DNA from: Gemmatimonadales bacterium
GTDB lineage: Bacteria; Gemmatimonadota; Gemmatimonadetes; Gemmatimonadales; GWC2-71-9
Assembly (NCBI GenBank): GCA_037189525.1
Contig: JBBCJC010000002.1
Span: 320,001 to 384,000, forward strand
Direction: 5' to 3'
Length of the DNA stretch: 64,000 nucleotides
Shown here: piece by piece, positions 50,390-61,013 of the stretch
How positions within the stretch are numbered: the first letter of the stretch is position 1
Layout of the letters: every line of letters starts with the position of its first letter
The notes under the pieces: generated by a model
What the model was told of the DNA's origin: nothing
What the model saw: the letters and a program-made list of their open reading frames with translations, nothing else
Database searches by the model: none
Made by a program: the position numbers and the translations under genes

Positions 50390-51586
50390 CTAACGAAGCG
50401 TTTGCAGGAACTTGAGAATCGCGCGGGTGGTCGGCACCGGTTGTTCGACACAGGGCAGATGACCGGCCCCGGGCACCTCCACCAGCCGGGCATCGGGAAT
50501 CACGCCGGCCATGGCCTGGGCAATGGCCGGCGGAGTGATGACGTCTTCGTCGCCCACCATGACCAGCGTCGGAACGCCGACCAGCGTCGACAGCAGTGAG
50601 GTGCTGTCGGGACGGTCCCGCATCGAGGTGAGCGCGCCGACGATACCGGACACCGGGGTGCGGACGATCATGTCGCGCACCAACTGGATGATCTCCGGGG
50701 GCACGCTTGCTGTGAAAAAGCGCGGCAGCATCGCTTCGGCGGCCGCGAGCGCCCCCTGATCCCGCACTCGGGTCACCAACTGATCGCGGGCTTTGCGTCC
50801 CTCGGCGCTGTCGGCCTCGGGGCGGGTATCCATCAGCACCAGGCCACCCACGCGGGCCCGGTATCGCCGCAGAAATTCGAACGCGATGTAGCCGCCCATC
50901 GAGTGCCCGATCAGGACGACCCGATCCTCGCCCAGGACATCGATCAGCGCGGCGAGATCATCGGCATAGGTCGCCATGGAGTAGCCGAGATCCGGCGCAT
51001 CGGACTGGCCCATACCGCGGAGATCGGGAGCGATCCGGCGAAACCCGGTGAGCGAATCGATCTGATGGCGGAAGATGGTCCGATCGAGCGGAAAGCCATG
51101 CACGAAGACGAGCGCGGGCCCCGAGCCGCGAATCTCGACGGCCAGGCTCACTCCGTTGACGGTCAGGCGATCGAGCATTTCGGCGTTCGGACGAGTGTTG
51201 AAGAATCGGGCGACTTCATCGGGAACCGGCTGCGGTTTGCCCTGGCGATCCACACAAACAAAGACGAACTCCGCCGTCGCAATCGCACCGTCGTCGGTGG
51301 CCCGCCGCGCATGCTGCCGGAGGGTGAAACTGGTCCGGCCCAGATGGGTCAACGTCTGGCCGAACCGCAGCACGTCTGCCGCGTGGACCGGGGCATGACA
51401 GTCGAGCACGTTGCGACGAACCACCGGCGCCAGTCCGTGCCGACCGAAGACATCCACGCCGGGTCCCCGCGCGAACTGGTCCCAACGGGCCCGTTCGAAC
51501 AGCCGCAACAGCGCCGCATGGCTGATCGAGCCGGCGGCATCACAATCGTCAGGCACCACGACGAACTCGACTTCGGCCTCGCGCAT
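50390..51586 (-). CDS. Fusion of hotdog acyl-CoA thioesterase-like domain and alpha/beta hydrolase
   Basis: DDCDAAGSISH...LFERAR; then HGFPLD, GHSMGG, GAGHL. Confidence 0.85.
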   Translation of the reverse strand: MREAEVEFVVVPDDCDAAGSISHAALLRLFERARWDQFARGPGVDVFGRHGLAPVVRRNVLDCHAPVHAADVLRFGQTLTHLGRTSFTLRQHARRATDDGAIATAEFVFVCVDRQGKPQPVPDEVARFFNTRPNAEMLDRLTVNGVSLAVEIRGSGPALVFVHGFPLDRTIFRHQIDSLTGFRRIAPDLRGMGQSDAPDLGYSMATYADDLAALIDVLGEDRVVLIGHSMGGYIAFEFLRRYRARVGGLVLMDTRPEADSAEGRKARDQLVTRVRDQGALAAAEAMLPRFFTASVPPEIIQLVRDMIVRTPVSGIVGALTSMRDRPDSTSLLSTLVGVPTLVMVGDEDVITPPAIAQAMAGVIPDARLVEVPGAGHLPCVEQPVPTTRAILKFLQTLR

Positions 51587-51702
51587 CACGATTCGCTCGC
51601 TGTTTCGAACTGGTTGCCAATCAGAAACTACGCCAGAGGGCGTCGCCGTCGCTACCTTTCGGGCGTTCACCACCGGTCGCGACCCCATCCGGAGCAGGCA
51701 CC

Positions 51703-51873
51703 ATGCCGCCCCAGACTGATTACATCCGACACGCCGCCCGGCTGGCCCGGAAAATCCACGCCGACGCCGCGCTGGGCGGTACTCCGCAGCTCGATGCCGA
51801 CTTTTTCAAGACCCTGGCCAAGGCGCTGGACGAAATCGCCGCCGGTCTGGAACAATCGAGCCGCCGCGAGTGA
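51703..51873 (+). CDS. Small hypothetical protein (56 aa), not in ORF track
   Basis: GGAG RBS; MPPQTDYIRHAARLARKIHADAALGGTPQLDADFFKTLAKALDEIAAGLEQSSRRE; GTGA overlap with RNase D start. Confidence 0.65.
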   Translation: MPPQTDYIRHAARLARKIHADAALGGTPQLDADFFKTLAKALDEIAAGLEQSSRRE

Positions 51874-53015
51874 CTGCTGATCCCGTTCGCCTCGTTACCA
51901 CCCCCGACGAGTTCAGCCGCCTGATCGAACAGTGGGGGGACGAACCGGTCGTGGGAATCGACACGGAAGCCGCCAGCTTCCATAAGTACCGCGATCGCGT
52001 CTACCTGCTGCAGCTGTCGACGGCCACCGACACCGCCGTGATCGACCCGCTCGGTACGCAGGGCATCACCCTGCTGCGGGACTGGCTCGCCGCCGGGCGG
52101 ACCGAGTTCATCTTTCATGATGCCGACTACGACGTTCGCCTGATGCATCGCGAAGCCGGTCTCCGGGTGCACCGGCTCTTCGACACCCGGGTAGCCGCCC
52201 AGTTCCTCAACCTGCCGAACATCGGGCTCGCCGCCCTGCTCTCGGAACGGTTCGGCGTGGCCACCGACAAACGGTTTCAGCGCGCCGATTGGTCCGCACG
52301 ACCGCTCTCGCCCGAGATGGTGGTCTATGCCGCTACCGACACCCGCTATCTGCCCGAACTCCGCAGCCAGCTGCTCAACGAACTGACCCGGGCGGGCCGC
52401 GCCAGCTGGGCAGCTGAGGAGTGCGAGCTCCTGTCCCGGGTGGAGTGGCCGGTGCCCGACCCGCCCGAGGAGGCCTTCCTGCGGATGAAGGGCGCCCGGG
52501 ACCTCGACCGGCGCGGGCTGGCCGTGTTGCGGGAGCTCTTCGTCTGGCGGGACCGGACGGCGGCCCGATTGGACCGGGCCCTCTTCCGCGTGCTCGGCAA
52601 CGAGCCGCTGCTCACCCTGTCAGCTGCGCAGCCGCAGTCACTCGAAGCGCTCGGCAAGATTCCGGGAGTCGGCGCCGAGAATGCGGCGCGGCGCGGCCAG
52701 GAAATTCTCGACGCGATTGCGCGCGGGCTGGCCGTTCCCGACCGGGAGTTGCCGGCATTCGAGCGACGCCCGCGGCATCGTCCTGATCCCGCATTCGACG
52801 CGCGGGTCGAGCGACTCAAGGCGTGGCGCGTCGGCCTGGCGGAGCGCTATCAGTTGTCTCCCGGACTCCTGGCGCCCAACGGGATGCTGGAAGCCGTGGC
52901 CCGTGCCGTACCAACGACCGTGGACGAGCTGATGAAGGTACCGGGCGTGCGGCGCTGGCAGGCACAGGAGTTCGGCGCCGAACTCCTGAAGGTGCTCGGG
53001 ACCCGCGGGGCATAG
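51870..53015 (+). CDS. rnd: Ribonuclease D (3'-5' exonuclease plus HRDC domains)
   Basis: IDTE, FHDADYD, LFDTRVAA, DWSARPL, YAATDT. Confidence 0.9.
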   Translation: MTADPVRLVTTPDEFSRLIEQWGDEPVVGIDTEAASFHKYRDRVYLLQLSTATDTAVIDPLGTQGITLLRDWLAAGRTEFIFHDADYDVRLMHREAGLRVHRLFDTRVAAQFLNLPNIGLAALLSERFGVATDKRFQRADWSARPLSPEMVVYAATDTRYLPELRSQLLNELTRAGRASWAAEECELLSRVEWPVPDPPEEAFLRMKGARDLDRRGLAVLRELFVWRDRTAARLDRALFRVLGNEPLLTLSAAQPQSLEALGKIPGVGAENAARRGQEILDAIARGLAVPDRELPAFERRPRHRPDPAFDARVERLKAWRVGLAERYQLSPGLLAPNGMLEAVARAVPTTVDELMKVPGVRRWQAQEFGAELLKVLGTRGA

Positions 53016-53092
53016 GACCGCCCCGGGTCCCGGAAAGGCCGGTATATCGCTCGACCGCCCGGCGGACTGCGGCTCAGACCTGAGCCGAGCGA

Positions 53093-53395
53093 CTACCCCA
53101 GAAAGGCGCGGACCCGCGGATCCATCTTGTCCGGGGTCCAGTACGGCTCCCACACCAACTCGATCGATGCGCTGTTGACACCCTCCATCTGCTCGGCAAC
53201 CAGCCGGGCATCTTCGAGCATCTCGGGCCCGGAGGGACACCCGGGCGAGGTCAGCGTCATCTTGATATGCACATCATTGGCCTCCGACACCTCGATATCG
53301 TAGACCAGACCGATGTCGACGATGTTGAGTCCCAGCTCCGGGTCTTTCACGGCCCGGAGCGCTTTTCGTACGGTTTCTGACGTCACCATTTCCAT
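53093..53395 (-). CDS. DUF59/SufT-like metal-sulfur cluster biosynthesis protein
   Basis: DPELGLNIVDIGLVY, MTLTSPGCP, VWEPYWTP. Confidence 0.92.
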   Translation of the reverse strand: MEMVTSETVRKALRAVKDPELGLNIVDIGLVYDIEVSEANDVHIKMTLTSPGCPSGPEMLEDARLVAEQMEGVNSASIELVWEPYWTPDKMDPRVRAFLG

Positions 53396-53465
53396 CGCTC
53401 CCGAATCGAACCACCCCGGGAAGCTAATCGGGTGGCCGGAAGCCGGGTCAACCGACCGGCTCGGG

Positions 53466-54299
53466 CTACGGAATCCGAAGCGGCCCCGGCGGGAGCGTGT
53501 AGAGCAGCACGATGGAGGCGCGATCCCGTCCGGACGGACCGGCAACCTGGACGGTCGGATACATCACGTCGCGCCGGTCGGCCGAATGCGGTAAACCCAG
53601 CACGTGTCCCAACTCGTGCACAGCAACCGCCTGGAGTTCCTCGCGCTCCAGCACGCGGGTCTGATGGAGCCGTGCCAGCGTCACGACGGCGCTGACGATG
53701 ACGCCACGGCCATCGCCCGTCATTTCCGCCCAGCCGGTGCGGGAAACGCCCGACCGCGCGCTATCGGCCGGCTCCGGCTCGAAACGTTCGACCCACCGAA
53801 TCCGGAGATCGGCCGAGGCGGTGTCGGGCACGGTGACGAACCGGATGCCCACGCCGAGGTTCTCCCAGCTGCGCATGGCCGCCTCGACTGCGGCGATCCG
53901 CTCGGAGCCCGTACTGTCCGGAGCAATCGCGACCCGGATCGTGGCGTCGTCGGGCCAGCGGCGGATGACCGAGTCGGGCGAGGCAAAGACGGAATCGAGG
54001 TAGGTCGCGCGCACCGAGTACTGGAACCGCCGGCGCGCCTCGAGCAGCGCGCGCTGGGCGAGCACCGGGGTGCGGAGTTGGGGACTGGTTTCGCTGGCCA
54101 GCGGGAGCGGGGTCGCAGGAATAACCGGTGGCACAGCGGCAGGCACTGGTACCGAGCCGACCGCGGCACCAGCATGCGAGGTAGCTTCAGCAACTACGGT
54201 TGGTTCCTCAACAGGAGCCGCTGCCGGACGCCGAGTCCAGCGGGCGCCGGCCAGCAGCGCGAGGCAGGCCACCACGAGGGCCAGGAAAACACGACTCAT
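53466..54299 (-). CDS. Matrixin-like (M10) metallopeptidase
   Basis: HELGHVLGLPH plus Met-turn DVMYP; N-terminal TM. Confidence 0.88.
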   Translation of the reverse strand: MSRVFLALVVACLALLAGARWTRRPAAAPVEEPTVVAEATSHAGAAVGSVPVPAAVPPVIPATPLPLASETSPQLRTPVLAQRALLEARRRFQYSVRATYLDSVFASPDSVIRRWPDDATIRVAIAPDSTGSERIAAVEAAMRSWENLGVGIRFVTVPDTASADLRIRWVERFEPEPADSARSGVSRTGWAEMTGDGRGVIVSAVVTLARLHQTRVLEREELQAVAVHELGHVLGLPHSADRRDVMYPTVQVAGPSGRDRASIVLLYTLPPGPLRIP

Positions 54300-54432
54300 C
54301 GACCCCGCGAGCCGCAAGATGGACGCCCGGGCTCGCTTCGGCTGGCCAGCACCCGGGGGCCCCCTTACATTTGCCCCGGTTCGATACCGTCAGGACCGAG
54401 GCTAACTAGTTGTCGTACGAACAGATGGAGCG

Positions 54433-56700
54433 TTGGTGATCCTGGCGTCCCTGGCTCGAGCCCTGGTTCGATGGCGAGCCTTCGTCATCGCCGTCTGGGT
54501 CATCCTGGGCGCGTTTGCCTTCACTCAAGCCCCCAAGACGCCCGAACGCCTGGCGCTTCGAGGCGGCAGCGAGCATCCCTCCGAGGCCCGGATCGCCGAC
54601 CGGATGCTCACCGAGCGGTTTGCCCGCCCCTTCGGTGAGTTCTTTGCCGTCACCATTGAAGGTCCGAGTTCATTCCGGACCGGGCCGGCCCGCGACGCAC
54701 TCGATTCGCTGACCAAAGCCGCCGGGCGCCTGCCGTATGTCCAGACCGTCGTATCCCATCTGACCCAGGCAGACTCGACTTTCCTCTCCGCCGACGAGCG
54801 CTCGACCTTTTTCCTGGTCTCGTTCGAGGCCAGCAGCGACAGCATCGGCAATCTGGTCCAGCCATTCCGCGCCGAGATGCAGCGGGTGCTGGATCACATT
54901 CCCAATCGACCCGCCTATGCCCTTCTCGTGACCGGCCGCTCGGCGCTCGACCTCGACATTCGCAACGTCAGCGCAGCCGACGGCAAGCGGTTCGAGTTGA
55001 TGCTGATGCCGATCACGCTCGTGATCCTGGTTCTGGCCTTTGGGGCGCTGGTAGCCGCGCTCCTGCCGCTGACCATCGGCGTCCTGGCCATTGCCGTGTC
55101 GTTGACGGCCATCGGGATCATGGCTGAGTTCACCCCGATGTCGGTCTTCGTGCTCAACCTGACCACGATGATCGGCCTGGGTGTCGGGATCGACTACTCC
55201 CTATTGATGGTGACTCGGTTCCGCGAAGAAATGGCGCGCGGCCTGCGCCGGCGGGAGGCGGCCGAACGTACCGTCCTCACGGCCGGCGTTGCGGTCTTCC
55301 ATTCGGGCGTCACGGTCGTGGTGGGATTCGGGGCGCTCCTACTCACGCCGATGGTGGAGACCCGGAGCGTGGGCATCGGCGGGCTGCTGGTGGTGAGCAC
55401 CGCCGTACTGCTCTGCCTGACCCTGCTCCCGGCCCTGCTCGCTGCGCTGGGCCCGAGTATCGACCGGCCCCGCTGGCTGGCCCGCCGGCTGACCTGGTAT
55501 CACGCGCCGCAGATCTGGGAAAAGTGGGCCCGGTCGCTGGCTCGGCATCCGGTCCGCGCCATGATCCTGGGCGGCGCCACCATGGCCGTGCTCACCTTGC
55601 CGCTCCTCTGGATCAAGATCGGTTTGCCGGCGCGGCACTGGTGGCCCAGCGCCACGGAGGCCGGCGCCGGGGTCGACGCGCTCGCCCGGATGGGCGTCTC
55701 CGGCTACATCACGCCGGTCCGGATCATGGTCGAGTTTCCCGAAGACCAGCCGGCCACCCAGGCCGTGTCGCTCCGCGGTCTCCGGGCGCTGTCCGATTCG
55801 ATGCGGGCCGATCCGCGGGTGCGCGACGTGCGCAGCATGGTCGACCTCCAGCCCGGGATGTCGATCCTCGCCTACTCGATGCTCTACGCCGACATCGACT
55901 CGGCCCGAGCCGGCCAGCGCGAGTTTCTCGACGCCTACCTGAGCCGCGACGGCCGCGTGGCCCTGGTCGACGTGGTCCTGCAGGACACCACCTCGCTCAC
56001 CTCGGCCATGGATGTGGTGGCCCGGGCACGCACCCTGGCGGCCTCCGACAGCATTCGCCAGCTGCGCAACGCCGAGGTGCGGGTCGGCGGGTACATCGCG
56101 GGGAGCGTGGATCTGCAGGAGGAGATGCTGGATATCTTCCCGCGCCTGATCGCACTGGTCCTGACCGCCACCGCGATCATGCTGGCGCTGGCCTTCCGAT
56201 CGATCCTGGTACCGCTCAAAGCGGTTCTGATGAACTCGCTCTCGGTGGCGGCGACCTTCGGCCTGATCGTGCTGGTGTTCCAGAAGGGGTACGGCGGGAG
56301 TCTCTTCCACCTGTCCGGACCAACCGAAGCGATCTTCGTGCTGATTCCGGTGCTCGTCTTTGCGGTGGTGTTCGGATTGAGTATGGACTATGAGGTCTTC
56401 CTGCTCAGCCGCATCAAAGAGGCCTTCGACCGGACCGGGCGCAACAGCGAAGCGACGATGGAGGGCCTGAGCGCCACCGCGTCGGTGATCACCTCCGCGG
56501 CGCTGATCATGATCTTCGTCTTTGGCGCCTTTGCCTTTGCGCGGGTCATCGTGATGCAGCTGCTCGGCTTCGGCCTAGCCGTGGCGGTGCTGCTCGATGC
56601 GACCATCATCCGGATGGTTCTGGTGCCCGCCTTCATGCATCTGATGGGGCGCTGGAACTGGTGGCCGGGGGCGCGCCGCATCACACCCCGGGCTCGCTGA
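54433..56700 (+). CDS. MMPL-family RND transporter
   Basis: GLGVGIDYS, FGLSMDYEVFLLSRI, DATIIRMVLVP. Confidence 0.93.
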   Translation: MVILASLARALVRWRAFVIAVWVILGAFAFTQAPKTPERLALRGGSEHPSEARIADRMLTERFARPFGEFFAVTIEGPSSFRTGPARDALDSLTKAAGRLPYVQTVVSHLTQADSTFLSADERSTFFLVSFEASSDSIGNLVQPFRAEMQRVLDHIPNRPAYALLVTGRSALDLDIRNVSAADGKRFELMLMPITLVILVLAFGALVAALLPLTIGVLAIAVSLTAIGIMAEFTPMSVFVLNLTTMIGLGVGIDYSLLMVTRFREEMARGLRRREAAERTVLTAGVAVFHSGVTVVVGFGALLLTPMVETRSVGIGGLLVVSTAVLLCLTLLPALLAALGPSIDRPRWLARRLTWYHAPQIWEKWARSLARHPVRAMILGGATMAVLTLPLLWIKIGLPARHWWPSATEAGAGVDALARMGVSGYITPVRIMVEFPEDQPATQAVSLRGLRALSDSMRADPRVRDVRSMVDLQPGMSILAYSMLYADIDSARAGQREFLDAYLSRDGRVALVDVVLQDTTSLTSAMDVVARARTLAASDSIRQLRNAEVRVGGYIAGSVDLQEEMLDIFPRLIALVLTATAIMLALAFRSILVPLKAVLMNSLSVAATFGLIVLVFQKGYGGSLFHLSGPTEAIFVLIPVLVFAVVFGLSMDYEVFLLSRIKEAFDRTGRNSEATMEGLSATASVITSAALIMIFVFGAFAFARVIVMQLLGFGLAVAVLLDATIIRMVLVPAFMHLMGRWNWWPGARRITPRAR

Positions 56701-56706
56701 GACGTA

Positions 56707-59493
56707 TTACCGCTTGGCGTCGAGCCAGTTCGGGCCCACTCCGATATCGACGACCAGCGGCACCGACAGCTCCGCAACCCCTTCCATACAGGTACGGACC
56801 AGACTCGCGACCGCGTCGACCTCGCCCGCGGGAGCTTCCACCACCAATTCGTCGTGGACCTGCACCAGCAGCCGCGCCTCGTGCCCGGCCGCGCGCAGCG
56901 CGCCGTGCAGCCGCACCATGGCAATCTTGATCAGATCGGCGGCCGATCCCTGCAGCGGCGAGTTCTGGCTCAACCGCTCTCCGAAGGCGCGGGTGTTGAA
57001 GTTCCGGTCCTTGATCTCGGGAATGTACCGGCGCCGCTTGAACAGGGTCTCGACATAACCCTGTGATCGGGCCAACTCCACCTGTCGGTTCAGATAGGCG
57101 CGCACGCCGGCAAACCGGGTAAAGTAGGACTCGATGAAGCCCCGGGCCTCCTCCATCGAAATCTTGAGCTGCTTGCTGAGCGCAAAGGCCCCCTGGCCGT
57201 AGATCGTCCCGAAATTGATCGTCTTGGCCCGGCCGCGCATCTCGCTGCTGACCAGGTCGGGCGACACCCCGAAAATCAGCGACGCCGTCTGCCGGTGGAT
57301 GTCCTCCCCGCTCCGGAACGCGGCCACGAAGGCGGGGTCGCCGGAGAAGTGCGCCATCAGCCGCAGTTCGATCTGGGAATAGTCGGCCACCACGAACTGC
57401 CAGCCGCTGGTCGGAACGAAGCCGCGCCGGATTTCTTCGCCTCGCTTGGTCCGGATCGGAATGTTCTGGAGATTCGGATCGGACGACGACAACCGCCCGG
57501 TCGCAGCGCCGGTCTGGTTGTAGCGGGTGTGGATCCGGCCGGTCCGGCGATTGACACGGGCGGGCAGTACATCGACATAGGTCGATTTGAGTTTCTGAAG
57601 CTCGCGATACTCGAGCAAGAGACGCGGCACCTCATGCCCCTGCTCGGCCAGCTGCTCCAGCACGTCGGCGTCGGTCGAGGGGCCGGTCTTGGTCTTTTTG
57701 AGTACCGGCAGGCCCAGCTTGTCGAAGAGAACGGCGGCCAGCTGCTTGGGGCTGTTGAGATTGAGCGTGGCCCCGGCCGACTCCGCAATGGCCCCTTCGA
57801 GCCGGACCAGATCGGTGGTCAGTTCGCGCGACAGTCGTTCGAAGACCGTCGCGTCGATGGCAATGCCGGTCCACTCCATGTCGGTCAGGACCCCGACCAG
57901 CGGCATTTCGATCTCGTCCAGAAGCGGCACCAGCGACGCCTCGGACAGCCTCGGCGCGAAGTTGGTGTCGAGCGCCAGCACGGTGGAGGCAATGGCCGCG
58001 CCAAATCGCGCCGCCGCGTCGACCTCGACTTCGGCAAAGGGGATCTGATGGCGGCCGCTCTTGGTCAGATCCGTTACCGACGGAAGCGGACGATCCAGAT
58101 AGTCGAGACTGAGAATGTCGAGCGCCGTGGACCGCCGCCCGGGATCGATCACGAAACTCGCAATCATCGGGTCGAATCGTCCGCCGGCCAGCTCCACCCC
58201 GGCGCGTCGCAAGAGCTGCCACTGCAACTTGAGATCGTGCGCGGCTTTCGGAACCGAGGCATCCTCGAGGAGAGCAACCAGTGGGGCACATGCCGCGTCG
58301 GCAAGCGCCGGCAGGTTCTGAACCGGCGCCGGCGCGGCCAGCGCGCCATCGGCGGGACGGTGCCCGAGCGGCAGGTACCAGGCCTCGGCCGGGCTCACGG
58401 CCAGGCTGATGCCGATCAGCTCGGCGTCATGCGGTTCGGCGCCGTCGCCCCGGACATCGAGCGCCACGAGCGGCGCCTGGCGAAGCCGCGCCACCAGCGC
58501 CGGGAGATCGCCCGCGTCCGACACGACGATAGGCGCCGAGGTCAGCGTCGGCGCGGTGGACGCGGCCGGGCCGGCAGGCGTCTCGGCCGCCTCGCCCAGA
58601 TCGAGACGATTGACCAGGGAATGGAACTCGAGCCGGGTCAGGATCTTGCGCAGCTGCTCGGGATCGGGATCCACCGAGACAGCCGTGGCCAGCTCGAGCG
58701 CGACCGGAACATCGGTTTGGATCGTCACCAGCTGGCGCGACAGCCGCGCAGCATCGGCTTCGGCGAGCAGCGCTTCACGAGGGCGCTTGGCCTTGATCTC
58801 ACCCGCCTTGCTCAGGATCGTATCGAGGCTTCCGTAGTCCTGCAGCAGCTGGGCAGCGGTTTTGTCGCCCACACCGCGCACTCCGGGCACGTTGTCGGAG
58901 GTGTCGCCGACCAGGGCGAGAAAGTCGATTACCTGGCGGGGCGGCACGCCGAGCCGTTCGGTGGCGTTCCGTTCGTCGACCCAGAGTTCGTCGACGCCCG
59001 CGGGGCCGCCGCGGCCCGGGTTGAGCAGGGCAACCTGCGGACCGATCAACTGATAAAAGTCCTTGTCGCCCGAGACGATCACGACCTGGAGCCCCTGCTC
59101 CGACTCGCGCCGCGCCAGCGTGCCGATCACGTCATCGGCCTCGTAGCCCTCGAGCGCCACGCGCGGAATGCGGAACGCTTCCAGGATGTCGCGGACATGC
59201 TCCAGCGCCAGGTCGAAATCCTGTTGCAGCTCGACGTCGAGCTTCTGGCGGGTCGACTTGTACTCGGGAAAGAGCTGGGTGCGAAACGAATCGCCCTTGT
59301 CGAGCACCCAGACGAGGTAGTCGGGCTGGTATTTGGATTTGAGCCGGAGCAGGAAGTTGACGACGCCCCAGGCCGCCGAGGTGTTCTCGCCGCGGGAGGT
59401 ACGAAGAGGACGACTGATGAGCGCGAAGAACGCGCGGTAGATCAGGGCGTGGCCGTCGACCAGGAAGAGCTGCGGCGGATCATGATGAGCCAT
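56707..59493 (-). CDS. polA: DNA polymerase I
   Basis: 5' nuclease YEADDVIGT, GDTSDNVPGV; polymerase ADYSQIELR, RAKTINFG, QVHDE. Confidence 0.97.
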   Translation of the reverse strand: MAHHDPPQLFLVDGHALIYRAFFALISRPLRTSRGENTSAAWGVVNFLLRLKSKYQPDYLVWVLDKGDSFRTQLFPEYKSTRQKLDVELQQDFDLALEHVRDILEAFRIPRVALEGYEADDVIGTLARRESEQGLQVVIVSGDKDFYQLIGPQVALLNPGRGGPAGVDELWVDERNATERLGVPPRQVIDFLALVGDTSDNVPGVRGVGDKTAAQLLQDYGSLDTILSKAGEIKAKRPREALLAEADAARLSRQLVTIQTDVPVALELATAVSVDPDPEQLRKILTRLEFHSLVNRLDLGEAAETPAGPAASTAPTLTSAPIVVSDAGDLPALVARLRQAPLVALDVRGDGAEPHDAELIGISLAVSPAEAWYLPLGHRPADGALAAPAPVQNLPALADAACAPLVALLEDASVPKAAHDLKLQWQLLRRAGVELAGGRFDPMIASFVIDPGRRSTALDILSLDYLDRPLPSVTDLTKSGRHQIPFAEVEVDAAARFGAAIASTVLALDTNFAPRLSEASLVPLLDEIEMPLVGVLTDMEWTGIAIDATVFERLSRELTTDLVRLEGAIAESAGATLNLNSPKQLAAVLFDKLGLPVLKKTKTGPSTDADVLEQLAEQGHEVPRLLLEYRELQKLKSTYVDVLPARVNRRTGRIHTRYNQTGAATGRLSSSDPNLQNIPIRTKRGEEIRRGFVPTSGWQFVVADYSQIELRLMAHFSGDPAFVAAFRSGEDIHRQTASLIFGVSPDLVSSEMRGRAKTINFGTIYGQGAFALSKQLKISMEEARGFIESYFTRFAGVRAYLNRQVELARSQGYVETLFKRRRYIPEIKDRNFNTRAFGERLSQNSPLQGSAADLIKIAMVRLHGALRAAGHEARLLVQVHDELVVEAPAGEVDAVASLVRTCMEGVAELSVPLVVDIGVGPNWLDAKR

Positions 59494-59540
59494 TCCGGTA
59501 AGTTAGCCGGACGAGCGGCGCCGCGCGGGCGCCGCCTGGA

Positions 59541-60917
59541 TCAGCGAGCGCTCCGCGGGCTCCGTGGAATCATGGCGCGCGCGCGGCTGAATTCCGAGCG
59601 CGACTGCGGGGTGAGACGGAGCCGGGAAAAACCCAGCGTCCCTTCGAAGTCGATGACCGCGCGATACTCGCTGTAGACCCAGCGGACGAAGCGGCGATCG
59701 GCTGCCAGCGAGTTCTCATAGACCTGGTCCGGCTCGCCCAGCGTGATGAAGACCTCGCCGCGATCGGTGCGCCAGCCTTCCCCGCCCTCTTCGCGGAACC
59801 GCTCGTTGGCAATGGCCAGGCGGGTGAAGTAGCGATCCAGCGCCTCGTTTTCCGGGGTGGCCGGGATCGGGTCGGTCGCCACCCAGAATTTGCGCCAGAG
59901 CTGGGCCCGATCGGCCGGCTTGGCATTGCGGAGATCGTCGAGCATGCCCGGCTCGTACGGGAAGTACCGCATCAGGCTGAGCAGGTTTTCGTAGTTGGTG
60001 ACCACCCAGCCGCGGGCAAACGAGACCAGCGCCTGGACCTTCTGCGCGGACGGCCCTTCGCCGACTTCGATGGTCAGCTCACCAAGCGGCGGCGTGTCCG
60101 AGCTGAGCCGGACGATCCGGCCTTCGACGCTGCGTCCTCCGGCAAACCGGACGTCGCTGCGATAGACCACGCTGTCCCGGTCGTCCCGCACCACGACCGG
60201 CACGGTGGCGGGCCCCGAAAAGCGGTAGCCCTCGACGTAGATGAACAAGGTATCGCTGCCACCGTGGGCCACGGTGCCGCGGGAATTGAGCACGATGTCG
60301 ATCGGCTCGTTGGTCGAGGTCCGGCTGCGCACCTCGTAGACCAGGACCGGCGGCGCAATCGACCCCGCATCGAAGCGCGGCACCGTGAGCGGACGTTCGA
60401 CACGGCTCGCGCCGTTCGACGACGGGTCGCGCATCACGACCGACAGGGTGTAGTCACCCGGGCGGATCAGAAAGCCCTGCTGGAAGAAGATGCTCTCGTC
60501 ACTCCGCTGGGTTTCGCCAAAGGTGTTGACCCGGACCACCTTGGTTTCGCTGGCCGTGATCGGCTCACCGCCGCCTTGGGGCGTCAGCGTCAGATCGACG
60601 CGATAGCTGCCCGTGAAGCTGCCCTGATCGCGCTGGAACGAAATGGAGCGGTTACTGAAGGAGAGCCCGATGTCGACCAGCGTCGAGTCGCCGGGGCCCG
60701 CGAGGGTCGCGACCGTGCCGACGAACGGGACCTGCCCGCCGGCGGCGAGGCGGCCGAGACGTTGATAGACGGAGGTCAGACTGAAGAGTTCGCTCAGGGT
60801 CTGATCGGTCATGGTCGACGGCGCACCGGGACCGTTGCTGCGACCCGAGGAACAGGCTCCGAGCAACCCGACGACTGGGATCAGCGTGAGCGCAAAACGC
60901 CCCAAGAATCCGCGCAT
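59541..60917 (-). CDS. GWxTD-domain lipoprotein
   Basis: Lipobox LGAC; FW..TDP.P.TPENE, GWRTDRG, LGEPD. Confidence 0.88.
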   Translation of the reverse strand: MRGFLGRFALTLIPVVGLLGACSSGRSNGPGAPSTMTDQTLSELFSLTSVYQRLGRLAAGGQVPFVGTVATLAGPGDSTLVDIGLSFSNRSISFQRDQGSFTGSYRVDLTLTPQGGGEPITASETKVVRVNTFGETQRSDESIFFQQGFLIRPGDYTLSVVMRDPSSNGASRVERPLTVPRFDAGSIAPPVLVYEVRSRTSTNEPIDIVLNSRGTVAHGGSDTLFIYVEGYRFSGPATVPVVVRDDRDSVVYRSDVRFAGGRSVEGRIVRLSSDTPPLGELTIEVGEGPSAQKVQALVSFARGWVVTNYENLLSLMRYFPYEPGMLDDLRNAKPADRAQLWRKFWVATDPIPATPENEALDRYFTRLAIANERFREEGGEGWRTDRGEVFITLGEPDQVYENSLAADRRFVRWVYSEYRAVIDFEGTLGFSRLRLTPQSRSEFSRARAMIPRSPRSAR

Positions 60918-61013
60918 GCTGCTTCCTCGCACAACGTGGAAAGCCCGCGACCGGCAGCGGGAGTGTGCTATCTTGCTTAAGCCCGGCAGCGGCGTGTAGC
61001 TTGAACCGATCCC

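Noticed and set aside
57295..59676. Long antisense ORFs (793 aa here; also 44440-45942, 46807-48117, and the 5' extension 60918-61637)
   Set aside because: Shadow frames of well-supported genes in high-GC DNA, with no recognisable motifs.
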